A stretch of DNA of 63,267 nt, counting the filler, from Octopus bimaculoides (Eukaryota): the NCBI RefSeq assembly GCF_001194135.2. It is 5 parts of 4 records of this genome, joined end to end, with 100 filler letters (N's around TTAATTAATTAA, not from the genome) between each part and the next. Parts side by side here need not be neighbours in the genome. Positions count along the whole stretch, not along the records: positions 1 to 29,462 come from NC_068999.1; 4 more parts are not named here. One strand, 5' to 3'. The notes beneath the pieces were generated by a model. That model was not told where the DNA came from and did not search any database. It was given only the letters and a program-made list of their open reading frames with translations. The position numbers and the translations under genes are program-made. Positions 12,058 through 25,669 of the stretch are shown here, one piece after another. Position 1 is the stretch's first letter. Every line of letters starts with the position of its first letter.

Positions 12058-13373
12058 TCAGAAAGCATTTTGTTAGCTCGAGGCCATAGACGACACTTGT
12101 CCAAGATTCCACGTGGTTTGAGAATCAAGCAACTCAATGTACAGCTGTACTTTTTTTAATGCTTACCTATCACAAAATCTTTAAACTTTCTAGTTATTTC
12201 ATTTTTATTAGATACTGTATAAATGACATAACACAAGATAAGTAGTTTAAAATAAATTTAACATTTTACCAAGCGAGATACTTCTTAGAGATAGAAGATG
12301 ATTACGGATTATTTGTTTTTGTTATACTTGTAATTAAGATCTCACCGCAGATGAATTTGGGTTAAAATGAGGCATGATTAATCGTAATCCAATCGTGTTT
12401 ATCTTTACAGATATTATAAAGCCATGGCCAGATTAACCAATCTGCACATCCACATTTGGGAAAGTAGGGTGTGATATTATGACGATTAGATTATTATTTT
12501 CTACAACAATCTTGACACCGTTGTGACATTGTCTTTCGTAGACATTTTGTACGATAATGTTGAATTCAATTTCAGACAGTGCAGGGATAAAACTAAACAC
12601 CGTTAAATTGTGGAGCCAGAGTGCGAAAAACTACAGTTCCTGATAACGTCACAGTCTTATAGCATTTCATTTATTAACAACCCGGTGATAATTTGACACA
12701 GTTTAATAATTTACCGAAGAAGACCGATGAGTAATGAGTCAGGACGAAACGCGATTTGTATTGCAAGCTTAAGTTACTCAGTGAATGAGATGACGTAAGA
12801 GTTATGTGCTCAGCATCATTAAACATACACATGTGCATGTGTAGATCGGCATTCTATGTATGTATATGTGTGTATGTGAGTGTGTTATGCACATGCGTCT
12901 GTGTGGATGGGCGTGAATGTATATGCATGTATATGTGTGCGTGAAAAATATGTATGAACATGTATATACATACATACTTATATATATATATCGTGCACAT
13001 ACAGGTAATACAATCATACACACACACATACACGCTCCCACACACATATATACGTAAATGTACACATGTGTAACTGTGAGTGTGTGAGTCTATTTTACAA
13101 AAAAAAAATGAGTTGTTTATTTAAATTAGACATCCCAGACAGAAAAATAAAGAAAAAAAAATAATAAAAGAATCGAATCAAAGAAAGAATAGATTAAATA
13201 ATGAGATAAAAAAAAAAAACAGAATACAAATTTAAAGCAAAAACAAAATAAAACGAGCGTTGCAACTTTTCAATCATCCTTAGTTCAATGTCACGCTCCC
13301 AGGCGCTCTAATATGCATGCAAACTCCTACACACATATGTTGTCTTCTGTGTCTCTTTGTGTATGTCCTGCAT

Positions 13374-13425
<52 letters not shown>

Positions 13426-13656
13426 GCAGCCACACACTCACACACGCATTCCTCTCTATTCATCTTTCATGTGATTATTAGTAAGTGATGCTGCACCATG
13501 AATTTTTGTTGTTGTTGTTCTTGTTGCATCACTAATTAGACTATCGAAACTAGTTGCCCCTCTCGACAAGGACATACATGCGTATATACATGCTCACACG
13601 TACACACACACACGTATGTATGTATGTATGCATGTATGTATGTATGNNNNNNNNNN

Positions 13657-13696
<40 letters not shown>

Positions 13697-15899
13697 CATA
13701 TAATATATACACGTACACAAAATGCATTCATACATTTATGCACGAAAACATACATTTGTATATTATTCCGTAGTGTAAGTGGATTACAGAAAAGAATTCA
13801 ATAAAAATGAATTAAATACATATTGCGCCTGGACATACGTGGTTTCTGAAAACTGGTTACATATATGGAGATAGAAACGTGACTGTGAACAGCCATGAAC
13901 TGAAATCGAATGATATACATTCTCAACACAGAATTCAAATAACGTCTATTTTTATTCTTAGATGAGATGAATGACAAGGCTACTCGAACCACATAATTGT
14001 GTGAGTGAGTGTACCAACTGAGCCAATTAGATTGCTTCTGCTAAGTCATATGACATGCTAGATATAGCAACCAAACATCTATCTTACTTGAATTTCTTTC
14101 TTTATTTTCTTTTTATGTTATCCCTGATATCCCTACCATTCTAAAAAGAAAAACACATTGGATAGATGTTTATTTAAATTTTACCACGAGTGAAAACAGA
14201 TTGGAGGGTCCCGTCTGAAATTTGTTCAATTATGGGTATAACTGATCGGGTTCAACATGGGGAAAAAATTTATATCTGCAGTCTTATAGTCTATAAAGTG
14301 GTGGGAAGCTCACGACTGGAATGCCTTCAATCACAGGTATACCAAATGATGGTCGACATGAGGCAAATAATGCCAACAGGTATGAATACGATTTGCAAAA
14401 GTGATTAACGTCGACATGATTGCCGCCGCAAGATAAAAGCAAACATCTAATATCATAAATGGTATATGAGCATTATATGCGTCTCAAGTATGGAAAACGC
14501 GTTCCAATTGTCAAAGAAAGATAGATTATATTTTAGATGAGGTGCAACGGACCTATGTTTTCCACGAAATTAGTGAACAAGGCAACTTGACTTGCGTGTT
14601 TTAAAAAAACTTATTTTAGGAGTTGATATAATTTTGAAATAATTTGACTTAACAAAGATTCGAAACCCGTATGCCGATTCATCTTGAGGGAAACTTAATG
14701 TTAGCACATCGTCACTCATAAATAAATAAATAAAATCTTCAATACAATTAAGCAATATCAGATATTTCTCTAAATTTTCTATCTTCTATCATTACTTATA
14801 ATTATAAAAGAAGGGAAAATTTGATATTTGTAAAATAAAATTTATAAAAAATATATAAATAAAATAAAATTAATTGANNNNNNNNNNNNNNNNNNNNNNN
14901 NNNNNNNNNNNNNNNNNNNNNNNNNNNNNNNNNNNNNNNNNNNNNNNNNNNNNNNNNNNNNNNNNNNNNNNNNNNNNNNNNNNNNNNNNNNNNNNNNNNN
15001 NNNNNNNNNNNNNNNNNNNNNNNNNNNNNNNNNNNNNNNNNNNNNNNNNNNNNNNNNNNNNNNNNNNNNNNNNNNNNNNNNNNNNNNNNNNNNNNNNNNN
15101 NNNNNNNNNNNNNNNNNNNNNNNNNNNNNNNNNNNNNNNNNNNNNNNNNNNNNNNNNNNNNNNNNNNNNNNNNNNNNNNNNNNNNNNNNNNNNNNNNNNN
15201 NNNNNNNNNNNNNNNNNNNNNNNNNNNNNNNNNNNNNNNNNNNNNNNNNNNNNNNNNNNNNNNNNNNNNNNNNNNNNNNNNNNNNNNNNNNNNNNNNNNN
15301 NNNNNNNNNNNNNNNNNNNNNNNNNNNNNNNNNNNNNNNNNNNNNNNNNNNNNNNNNNNNNNNNNNNNNNNNNNNNNNNNNNNNNNNNNNNNNNNNNNNN
15401 NNNNNNNNNNNNNNNNNNNNNNNNNNNNNNNNNNNNNNNNNNNNNNNNNNNNNNNNNNNNNNNNNNNNNNNNNNNNNNNNNNNNNNNNNNNNNNNNNNNN
15501 NNNNNNNNNNNNNNNNNNNNNNNNNNNNNNNNNNNNNNNNNNNNNNNNNNNNNNNNNNNNNNNNNNNNNNNNNNNNNNNNNNNNNNNNNNNNNNNNNNNN
15601 NNNNNNNNNNNNNNNNNNNNNNNNNNNNNNNNNNNNNNNNNNNNNNNNNNNNNNNNNNNNNNNNNNNNNNNNNNNNNNNNNNNNNNNNNNNNNNNNNNNN
15701 NNNNNNNNNNNNNNNNNNNNNNNNNNNNNNNNNNNNNNNNNNNNNNNNNNNNNNNNNNTATATATATACACACATATATATATATACATCATCTAATGTA
15801 GCTCACAGATGATATCGAGTTTGAATTCATTCTTCTTCGTCTTAAGGGTTTTCACCATCGAACACATTTATTCTTAACTTTTACTTATAGCTAATATAT

Positions 15900-16565
15900 T
15901 CCTCATCATAGCCCTCCTCCTCCTACTTTTCTTCCTTCTCCTCCTCCTCCTTCGCTTCCTTGTAAACTTTTCACTCTTCGTTTCTTTCTTAGTTTTTTCA
16001 CTCTTCTTTCTCGTCCTTCTTCTAGTTCTTCTTCCTTCTATTTATATTACTCTACTTTATTTTTCTTCCTCTTCGTCTTCTTCTACTACTACTTCATCTT
16101 CCCTTTCTTTTCTTCTTCTTCTTCTTCTTCTTCTTCTTCTTCTTCTTCTTCTTCTTCTTCTCACCCTTCTTTTCTTTTTTCCTCCTTTCTTTCCTTCTTC
16201 TTTTTTTCCCTTCTTCTTCTTCTTCTTATTCTTCTTCTTCTTCTTCTCATCCTCTTGCTTCTTCTCCTTCTTTCCTTCTTTTCTACTCCTCCTCCTTCTT
16301 CTTCCCCTCCTCCTCCTCCTTCTTTTTCTTTTTCTTCTTTTTCTTCTTCTTTTTCTTCTTCTCATTCTTCTTCTCATTCTTCTTCTTCTTCTTCATTCTT
16401 CTTCTTCATTCTTCTTCTTCTTCTTCTTCCCCTCCTCCTTCTCCTTCTTCTACTTTTTCTTCTTCTTTTTCTTCTTCTTCTTCTTCCTCTCCTCCTCCTT
16501 CTTCTCTTTCTTCTTTTTCTTCTTCTTCTTCTTCTTCTTCTTCCTCTCCTCCTCCTTCTTCTCTT

Positions 16566-16597
<32 letters not shown>

Positions 16598-16830
16598 TTC
16601 TTCTTCTTCTTCGTCTTCTTCTCATCCTGCTTCTTCTTCTTCTTCTTCTTCTTCTTCTTCTGCATCATTCTTCTTCTTCTTCTTCTTCTTCTTCATCATT
16701 CTTCTTCTTCTTCTTCTTCTTCTTCTTCTTCTTCGTCTTCTTCTCATCCTGCTTCTTCTTCTTCTTCTTCTTCTTCTTCTTCTTCTTCTTCTTCTTCTTC
16801 TTCTTCTACTCCTCCTCCTCCTCCACCCAG
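15900..16830. repeat. About 0.9 kb imperfect (TTC)n/(TCC)n polypyrimidine tract
   Basis: Directly visible; the interruption tcgtcttcttctcatcctgc occurs twice (near 16610 and 16733). Confidence 0.95.
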
Positions 16831-17204
16831 CGCCTCGCACTTATCCTTACCCTCTTATTATTTTTTTAACCTTTAATATGCCTGCCATTGCATAACATAT
16901 GCATTAATTTAATAATGCCAACGAACTGAATATCGATTTATTCCGCCGTTCAGACTATTTTCGCAAGTATTTATAAAAATTTTGGGATATACATTTCGCT
17001 AGAACATATATGCGTGTGTTTAAACGTAGGCATCTACATATATACGTGCATGCATACACATATATGCATTATTATGTACATACGCACATGGTCACTCGCG
17101 CATCCATAAATGCATACGCCCACGCATACACGTACGTATGCATAAAGTTAAACCGTACAGCATTTCATATATGTATGTATATATGTGTGTGTATGCATGT
17201 ATAC

Positions 17205-17282
<78 letters not shown>

Positions 17283-17469
17283 GTATGTATTTATATATAT
17301 GTGTATATATATCTTTATATATACACGTACATGTATGTATATATACATATATATATATATGTGTGTGTGTATTTCGAAAAGCTGTGGCCAGAATTGGCCC
17401 AGACCATGACTAGCGCCATAGGGAAAATACTTTTAATGTTTCGTACTACACTCAGTCATTGACCACCAT

Positions 17470-18120
17470 TGCCAACTTGATTAAAGAGTTATTGTTTGCA
17501 GTGATAGATCGGGTTATAAGTGATTTAACTCGAATTTGTTGGAGATGTTTATCCAAAATCCGTTTCACTGTTATGAGCTCTTTTTCCTTCTTGGTATGAT
17601 GTTAAGGAGAGCAGGGCCAGGGGAGGTGAAGTAATTCTGTATTAATGTTGTGATGTAACGCGAGCATGATTTTCGAGTAGGACGGTTGTCACGGGGACCA
17701 AGACTTGCGTAAATTTTTAAAGATAATCCCAACATCATTTAGATACTTCTTCTGGAATATTTTCCACCTCATAAAAACTATATAGCGCTCAAAACGGCAT
17801 TGGAGGCAATAAATTCTGAGCTCGATGCGACAGAGATAATCAAAACCTGCTATGTGGACTATGTTTTTGGGACTGATCTGAGGAATACTTCAGCCTTCAT
17901 TATAATTTGTTGCGTGTAGGTAGAACACAAAGTAGGACAATATTCAAAATAAAAACGGGTGAAAGTGAAGAAGAAAAGAATAATGGTAAGAGAGTTTCTT
18001 CAGCTGAATGTCCTAAGAATCCAAGAGCACTCCCCACCTGCCATATCAGCTTTACTATTTATATGGGCAATCCAGCTTAATTTGATGTCGACAGTTACAT
18101 TGAGGTCAAGGGCAGTATGT
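17470..18120 (-). mobile_element. CR1-group LINE ORF2 C-terminal remnant
   Basis: LDLNVTVDIKLSWIAHI...SWILRTFS*R...FEYC, then ELRIYCLQCRFERYIVFMRWKIF, then GPALLNIIP...KRILDKHL...NNNSLI. These follow the usual order of CR1-group post-RT motifs (DLG...HI, GWILRTF, LDYC, LYSL.RRRERY..WKI, GP.LFN.LP, NSL). Confidence 0.75.
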
Positions 18121-18600
18121 TAATTGTTAATTCTATATTCCGAAGTTGCAACGTGGATTCGACTCCAGTCTGAATCCAGTTCATACGCTTATTTTATTCA
18201 CTAAAACCGCTGAAAAAGAATAAACATCACATAACCCCATACATTAGTCATTCATATTTCATATCTGGCATATGCGAGAGCGGTAAGCCCATACGAGAAA
18301 TTGGTCCAATTCTATTTTTTAAAATAATTTTCGTAAAATTCCAACAACCTTGAGGTAAATTTTTTACGAGTTTGCTCCGTTATCCAAATTTAGTCATATT
18401 TACTTTTTTCTTTTTATAACGCTTCTGTTTTTTTATTGTTTTCTTTACTTAGAGACAAAGCCTTTATATGACACTAGATAAAGAAGAAATAATCAATTTT
18501 ATGATATACGACAATGAATATGTGAGTTGTTATGTAAATTTGTGTAAAGAAAATATCTAAAAACCTTTCTTTCACTCCGTTTGTTCCTATTCCTCTCCTC

Positions 18601-18658
<58 letters not shown>

Positions 18659-19374
18659 NNNNNNNNNNNNNNNNNNNNNNNNNNNNNNNNNNNNNNNNNN
18701 NNNNNNNNNNNNNNNNNNNNNNNNNNNNNNNNNNNNNNNNNNNNNNNNNNNNNNNNNNNNNNNNNNNNNNNNNNNNNNNNNNNNNNNNNNNNNNNNNNNN
18801 NNNNNNNNNNNNNNNNNNNNNNNNNNNNNNNNNNNNNNNNNNNNNNNNNNNNNNNNNNNNNNNNNNNNNNNNNNNNNNNNNNNNNNNNNNNNNNNNNNNN
18901 NNNNNNNNNNNNNNNNNNNNNNNNNNNNNNNNNNNNNNNNNNNNNNNNNNNNNNNNNNNNNNNNNNNNNNNNNNNNNNNNNNNNNNNNNNNNNNNNNNNN
19001 NNNNNNNNNNNNNNNNNNNNNNNNNNNNNNNNNNNNNNNNNNNNNNNNNNNNNNNNNNNNNNNNNNNNNNNNNNNNNNNNNNNNNNNNNNNNNNNNNNNN
19101 NNNNNNNNNNNNNNNNNNNNNNNNNNNNNNNNNNNNNNNNNNNNNNNNNNNNNNNNNNNNNNNNNNNNNNNNNNNNNNNNNNNNNNNNNNNNNNNNNNNN
19201 NNNNNNNNNNNNNNNNNNNNNNNNNNNNNNNNNNNNNNNNNNNNNNNNNNNNNNNNNNNNNNNNNNNNNNNNNNNNNNNNNNNNNNNNNNNNNNNNNNNN
19301 NNNNNNNNNNNNNNNNNNNNNNNNNNNNNNNNNNNNNNNNNNNNNNNNNNNNNNNNNNNNNNNNNNNNNNNNNN

Positions 19375-19444
<70 letters not shown>

Positions 19445-19980
19445 GCAACACTCTTTAATTAAAACAAAAGGTATGACAGTGATATGTCATTTCACAATAA
19501 ATCTTTGTGTGATTTTAAATTATCTCCCCTCTTTTTTCTTGAGTCAAGTATATTTAAAACAGGTTTCTCTTCGCTTATAGATAGTAAAGGGGTCCTAAAT
19601 TTGAAGATGTACTATTCGCTGTCTTCGTTGAATATGTGCTTACGTCACTCTGTCATATGGAATCATTTAGTCAACCTCGAGACTATTGATAATTTAATAT
19701 AAATAAAAAAGTGAGACTATCATAATATAACGCGAAATTTATCCCACAGACACATTACAATTTTGTTATCTGCAAACTTATTATCCTATAATAAAGCAAC
19801 TTATTTATATATGTAGGTAAAACTGTGATTAATTCCTAATCTGACCATAAGGGTATTATTATCAAAACGGCATCTTCGCATCTTCGCATAGAATTTTACA
19901 ATAAGTATTTAATAACAATCACCAAAAATAACAAATTCATACTTTATATATGTACATGTATATATATATATGTGTGTGTG

Positions 19981-20012
<32 letters not shown>

Positions 20013-20707
20013 TGTATGTATGTATGTATGTATGTATGTATGTACATATATTGTCAGTGGGTCATGTATACGAAAGAGAAGCACAGTCTAAATGTTAGTG
20101 CAGTAATGTATTTACGTGAAGTTAAATATATGCCTAAGCAAACACAGACCAAAGGTTTCGCTTCTATAAAGCCCTACATATCGTCAGACTCTAAAGGCCG
20201 AGGTCTTATATATGTGCGTGTGTGTATGTGTGTGTGTGTGTGTGTGTGCGTGCGTGCATGTGTGTGTATAGGGGTGAGTGTTATCTTGATAGAATTATAT
20301 TTTTCTTGCAGTTTTGGTTTCATAATGCCTCTCTCACTCTATATATATATCATCTTATAAAAATCTGCCCAATTCAATGTTTCTCTTAAACATGAAAATA
20401 TTTGCAGCTCTTTTGTAAAATTGTGTAAATTAAATGATATTTATATCTCACTGGCCGTTTTGTTTCTTTATATTGCAAAGGACATATATATNNNNNNNNN
20501 NNNNNNNNNNNNNNNNNNNNNNNNNNNNNNNNNNNNNNNNNNNNNNNNNNNNNNNNNNNNNNNNNNNNNNNNNNNNNNNNNNNNNNNNNNNNNNNNNNNN
20601 NNNNNNNNNNNNNNNNNNNNNNNNNNNNNNNNNNNNNNNNNNNNNNNNNNNNNNNNNNNNNNNNNNNTATACATACACACATATAAGCATATATTATTAT
20701 TATTAGC

Positions 20708-20714
20708 CTTATCA

Positions 20715-20773
<59 letters not shown>

Positions 20774-20781
20774 CATTATTA

Positions 20782-20850
<69 letters not shown>
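20708..20850. repeat. (ATT)n microsatellite
   Basis: Directly visible; gives the poly-Ile ORFs. Confidence 0.95.
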
Positions 20851-20852
<2 letters not shown>

Positions 20853-21310
20853 GTCGCTATTATTATTTGCTTCGTTGGCACTCAATAGAACTAAAACAAT
20901 AGAAATATTTTACTTATCAAGTGTCTTCCTTTAATCACATATTTGTTAGAAAACGAAGCGGGTAATGTGCTGAAGTTTTGAGCTCTCACGTGGCTCAATT
21001 CGGCCATTGTTCTCGTCCACATATTTTCAGTTGAACAATGTAAAATAGATTTAATGTAGGTGGCTATATCATACGTATTTGGCTGGCAGATTGCACGCGT
21101 TCTTAACGTTGAGTTCGGCAGACTTCACTGCACTTATTGACTGCATATATAGATAGATAGTTGGATAGATAGATATAGATATATCTGTGTGTGTACGCAT
21201 GTATATGTAATATATATATATTTATATATGTAAATTAATACTTTATAGCACTTAATGAAAATAGACAAAACAATACTCTTTTAGCACGTCATCATTTTGC
21301 TCTTTCATAC

Positions 21311-21367
<57 letters not shown>

Positions 21368-21565
21368 ACGCACTTCCTATTGCTCTCTTGCTCTCCTTTT
21401 CTATTTGTGTCTGTCTGTCTCTCTATCTGCAATATAAGTAGGCGTTGGATCACGTCGCTCGTTTGGAATTTTTGGCGTCATAAACGTACACGCACAATTG
21501 TTCACATAGTTATATATTGTTTTACGTGGCTAAATATATATATATATATAGATAGATAGATATGT

Positions 21566-21653
<88 letters not shown>

Positions 21654-21739
21654 GTATATACACATACATGCATATATATATATGTGTGTATATATATATT
21701 GATATATATATATATATCACTGACGTGTATGACGTCGTT

Positions 21740-22160
21740 GGTCCCTTTGTCCCATATGTACTCAAAAGAAGTTCCCTTCCGCAGTAGCTTTGGCCTTTAC
21801 AAGGATGATGCACGGACAATGATATCTAGACGTGCAAATAATCTTAGAAAGGACAACACCAGCACCATGAATTCCCCTGGACTGACAGTCACGATAGAAA
21901 CCAACCTGAAAGCGATGGATTTTCTTGATGTGACCCTGGACTTGGAATGTTGTGCCTATATACTCATTAGGAAACCATATGTAAAGCTATCGTACATTAA
22001 CACAGGTTCCAACCTATCCTCAAGCAAAGATTGTTCATGCTGCCGCCCCGTACTACAATGACAGTCTGGCTGCCAGCTCTTTCAAGGATAGAATTAGTTA
22101 CAGACCAGACCGTAACTCCACCAAGAGACAGCACCACCGGCAAACGTTGTGTTTAACTGA
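21740..22160 (+). mobile_element. Penelope-like element reverse transcriptase fragment
   Basis: [10 protein letters not shown]...RKD...[22 protein letters not shown]...RKP...YINTGSNL matches the PLE pattern GLYRDDGL...KITIE.NLK.VNFLDVTL.L...RKP...YI...SNHP. Confidence 0.9.
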
Positions 22161-22322
22161 TATTTCATTAATTGATCTCACCATGTTGAACCGCAATGTC
22201 AAACTCAGTCAAGATGATGAAAACGAAAGCGATGACGATAATGATGACGGTGGTAGCGGTGGTTAATGCAAATTTGGATTTAAATAGAAATAATATAATG
22301 CCTTAATATATTCTTTTCTTCT

Positions 22323-22522
22323 GTAGGTACAAGGCCCGGAATTTTGGTGGGAGGGCGCCAGTCGATTAGATCGACCCCAGTACACAACTGGTACTTGATT
22401 TATTGAACGCGAAAGGATGAAAGGCAAAGTCGACCTCGGCGAAATTTGAACTCAGAACGTAGCGGCAGTCGAAATACCGCTAAGTATTTCGCCTGGCGTG
22501 CTAACGATTCTGCCAGCTCGCC
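22323..22522 (-). mobile_element. SINE family A, near full length
   Basis: gaaaggatgaaaggcaaagtcgacctcggcgaaatttgaactcagaacg...gctaacgattctgccagctcgcc, the reverse complement of the family A consensus. Confidence 0.9.
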
Positions 22523-22547
22523 GACTTCGTAAAATAAAATATCCTTT

Positions 22548-22732
22548 CTACTCTAGAAACAGGGCCCGAAATTTTGGAGGAGTGAGCCAGTCAATTAGAT
22601 CGACCCCCAGCACGCAATTGGTACTTAATTTATCGACCCCGAAATGATGAAAGGCAGAGTTGACCTCTGTGAAATTTGAACTCAGAACGTAAAGACAAAT
22701 GAAATCCCGCTAAGCATTTCGCCCGGATATGC
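22548..22732 (-). mobile_element. SINE family A, tandem second copy
   Basis: ggtacttaatttatcgaccccgaaatgatgaaaggc...aatttgaactcagaacg...gctaagcatttcgcccgg. Confidence 0.85.
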
Positions 22733-23329
22733 TTTAATATATTACGACGAATATGCATAGGTGTGTGTGTATATATATTTGCTTTGTAATTTTATCAATT
22801 CTCTATCCGTGTATATATAACTGTATTTATGTGATAATCTTTAAAAAACATATGCAGGAGAATTATTTTTCTATATCTTAGTAAAATCTTTAAATTCTAG
22901 TAAGCAAAATAAATATTAAAATAAATTTGAAATAAAAAATCTATAAAAACAAATAATAACTCATAATATATACAAATAAATTTATAAATACATGAAGAAA
23001 AAAATGAATAACTAATTCTTAATGCCAATTCGTTTCCTTCGTGTTTCTTTGAATAAGCAAGATTTCTTTACGTTTCCTTCAGGACTAAACTTTCGTCTTT
23101 TATTGAAAACTCTATGATAATTCATCGCACAACATAGCCAATCTTGATCTCTTTCTGCTTAAGGTTATAGTTTCTTCTTAAATGAAAATAAAATAATTAC
23201 AAAAATCCCTCACCAGGGAGAAATAAATATTAATATCACCCTCAAAGCAAGCAGATTCATCTCATCTCATTATTTCTATATTTATTATAATCATTATTTT
23301 TATTAATTCTACAATAATATTATTATTAA

Positions 23330-23679
23330 TCTTCTTCTTCTTCTTCTTCTTCTTCTTCTTCTTCTTCTTCTTCTTCTTCTTCTTCTTCTTCTTCTTCTTC
23401 TTCTTCTTCTTCTTCTTCTTCTTCTTCTTCTTCTTCTTCTTCTTCTTCTTCNNNNNNNNNNNNNNNNNNNNNNNNNNNNNNNNNNNNNNNNNNNNNNNNN
23501 NNNNNNNNNNNNNNNNNNNNNNNNNNNNNNNNNNNNNNNNNNNNNNNNNNNNNNNNNNNNNNNNNNNNNNNNNNNNNNNNNNNNNNNNNNNNNNNNNNNN
23601 NNNNNNNNNNNNNNNNNNNNNNNNNNNNNNNNNNNNNNNNNNNNNNNNNNNNNNNNNNNNNNNNNNNNNNNNNNNNNNN

Positions 23680-23738
<59 letters not shown>
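23330..23738. repeat. (TTC)n and (AAT)n microsatellites either side of a gap
   Basis: Directly visible. Confidence 0.95.
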
Positions 23739-23740
<2 letters not shown>

Positions 23741-24201
23741 GTTTTTTTTTACGGCATACCGGAAGAATTTTGATGCCGACTATTCAGAATACATTAACAT
23801 TTTCATGGATCTCATAGTAATTTTCACACGGTTCCCTTAAAACTATGTTATTAAATGGAGGAAATGATTGCAAATTTAGGAACACGACACTTCCTCAAAT
23901 TTATAAGCCCTAAGAAGGGGAAAAGGGAGAAAAATGGGCAGAATATTATTGCACTGAATCGTCAGTATTCGAAGCAAGAGCAAAAAGGTGTGTATCGTTC
24001 GTGTTTTCTTTCTTTTTTTTTTACATGGTAACCTTGTTAGATATCGAATCCATAACATGTGTTGGTACTTCATGAATGATAAGACCCTGGCATTGGAGAA
24101 TTCATTAGCTTTTTAGTAAGTTTTAGCCATCATGCCTAAGGCTACGCTTGAGTACTTTAACTGAAATCACTCATGTTAATGTTTAACACATACGTAGATC
24201 T

Positions 24202-24530
24202 GAAGGTGCATGGCTCAGTGGTTAGAGCGCGAGCTCACAATTATAAGGTAGTGAGTTGGGTTCCAGGTCCAGGTTGTGTGTTGTGTTCTTGAGAACGATA
24301 CTTAATTTCCCGTTGCTTCAGTTCACTCAGCGACATCACTGATGCCAAGCTGTATTAACCTTCGTCTCACCCTTGTATAACGTTGGCGGTGTGGAGAGGA
24401 GAGGCTGGTATGCATGGGCGACTGCAGGTCCTTTTGTGAAAACAAACTTGCCCGGACCTGTGCCTCGGAGGGGGAAATTTGTTGGTGAAATCCCATGGTC
24501 ATTCATGACCAAAGGGGGTCTCTATCCTAG
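24202..24530 (+). mobile_element. SINE family C with an alternative 3' tail
   Basis: tggctcagtggttagagcg (A-box), gagttgggttcca, tgtgttcttgagaacgatacttaatttcccgttgcttcagttcactc; the tail differs from the copy at 6407. Confidence 0.75.
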
Positions 24531-25591
24531 CTCTTATCAGCCAGACCTTCGATTAAAAATTATGTGTGTTTGTGTTCGTCTTTGAATTTGTGTGTGTGTG
24601 TCAGCGTGCGCATGTGTTTATGTGTAAGCGTTTTCCTAGAAATCGTGGTTTATTTCATTCGACCATGTAAGATAACTGCATCGAAGTAAATAAAATTACT
24701 TCGCTGATGGAATCGTGTCGTTGAAAATTTCAGGAATAAAAGAACTTTGAAAGCTACATTTTTATAAAACAAAATATATTAAATTCTAATTTACAAGAAT
24801 TACCTAGACATTGTACACTTTAATAATCGCTTTGGATGATGCTTCGACAACCAGATACAATGTGATTCAATGATTCATTGTAAGTCTTATACATTCTCGA
24901 ATTAAATTTCATATCCTGCTCAATCTTTACTGGTTTCTTATGGGTATTCATTGCTTTTGTAACAACTAACAACCATTCTGTGTGGAAGGTGAGCCTGCTC
25001 TACTCAGTAAGTAATCAGATATCCATGTTATTCTTTTCCACATTATTCAGTCTTCTCAAATATTGTCCATATAGAAACTTACCTTTTCACCATTTTAACA
25101 TGACACCTTGTTCTTATTACAGGTTATCAATCTGTTCTAAGTGTTTTAGAAACAATTTAAGCTGCTTCTTCCTTTTTCGTTACGATCATCTCTTGCTTTC
25201 GTTTATCACAGTTTTGTCTTTCTTCAAGGCAGAAAACATACTTTTCTTTTTTTTTCTTTTTTTTAAATTTTATTTGGACCATCACTAATATAACATAATC
25301 CCATGAATGATAATGTGTAAATATACAAATTTTCAATCGGAGTTTAGGGAAATCATGAAGGCAAAACAAAAAAAACAAAAAAAAAGGAAATTAATGGCTG
25401 CTTTCAATTTACAGCACCCTGTTTTCAACTCAGAAATACGCTGATGGTGAATACAGAGAAAGGCAATGTCTGTCGCAGAAAATATCGAAATAAGTTCTGA
25501 AGGACTACGAAAATATCTAGTAAATATCTAAAAATATCTCGCAATATCTAGTAAATATCTTCAAAATATCTAGTATCGGGAATGTGCAAAC

Positions 25592-25633
25592 GTCTTTTAC
25601 GTTTCGAGCCTACGCTCTTCGACAGAAAGGAAC
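25592..25633 (-). ncRNA. Hammerhead-like motif (type I, minimal) with non-canonical CUGUCGA core
   Basis: Minus strand: cttt-CTGTCGA-a-gagc[gtag]gctc-GAAAC-GTA-aaag. Stem I cttt/aaag, stem II gagc/gctc, palindromic ACGT at stem III. Confidence 0.6.
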
Positions 25634-25669
25634 ACGAGAAAATAAACATATATATACACAAGCCGGTAA

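Noticed and set aside
16057-16869. Poly-Arg/Lys/Glu/Leu ORFs resembling protamine or acidic proteins
   Set aside because: All frames arise from the (TTC)n tract; no flanking gene structure.
20147-20190. Minus-strand CTGACGA...GAAACCTTTGGTC hammerhead-like string
   Set aside because: An 8-nt insertion before stem II and no stem I pairing; may be chance.
25510-25576. CRISPR-like array or plant evening-element cluster
   Set aside because: Repeat and spacer lengths are far too short for CRISPR and the DNA is animal; the match to the plant motif AAAATATCT is not meaningful here.
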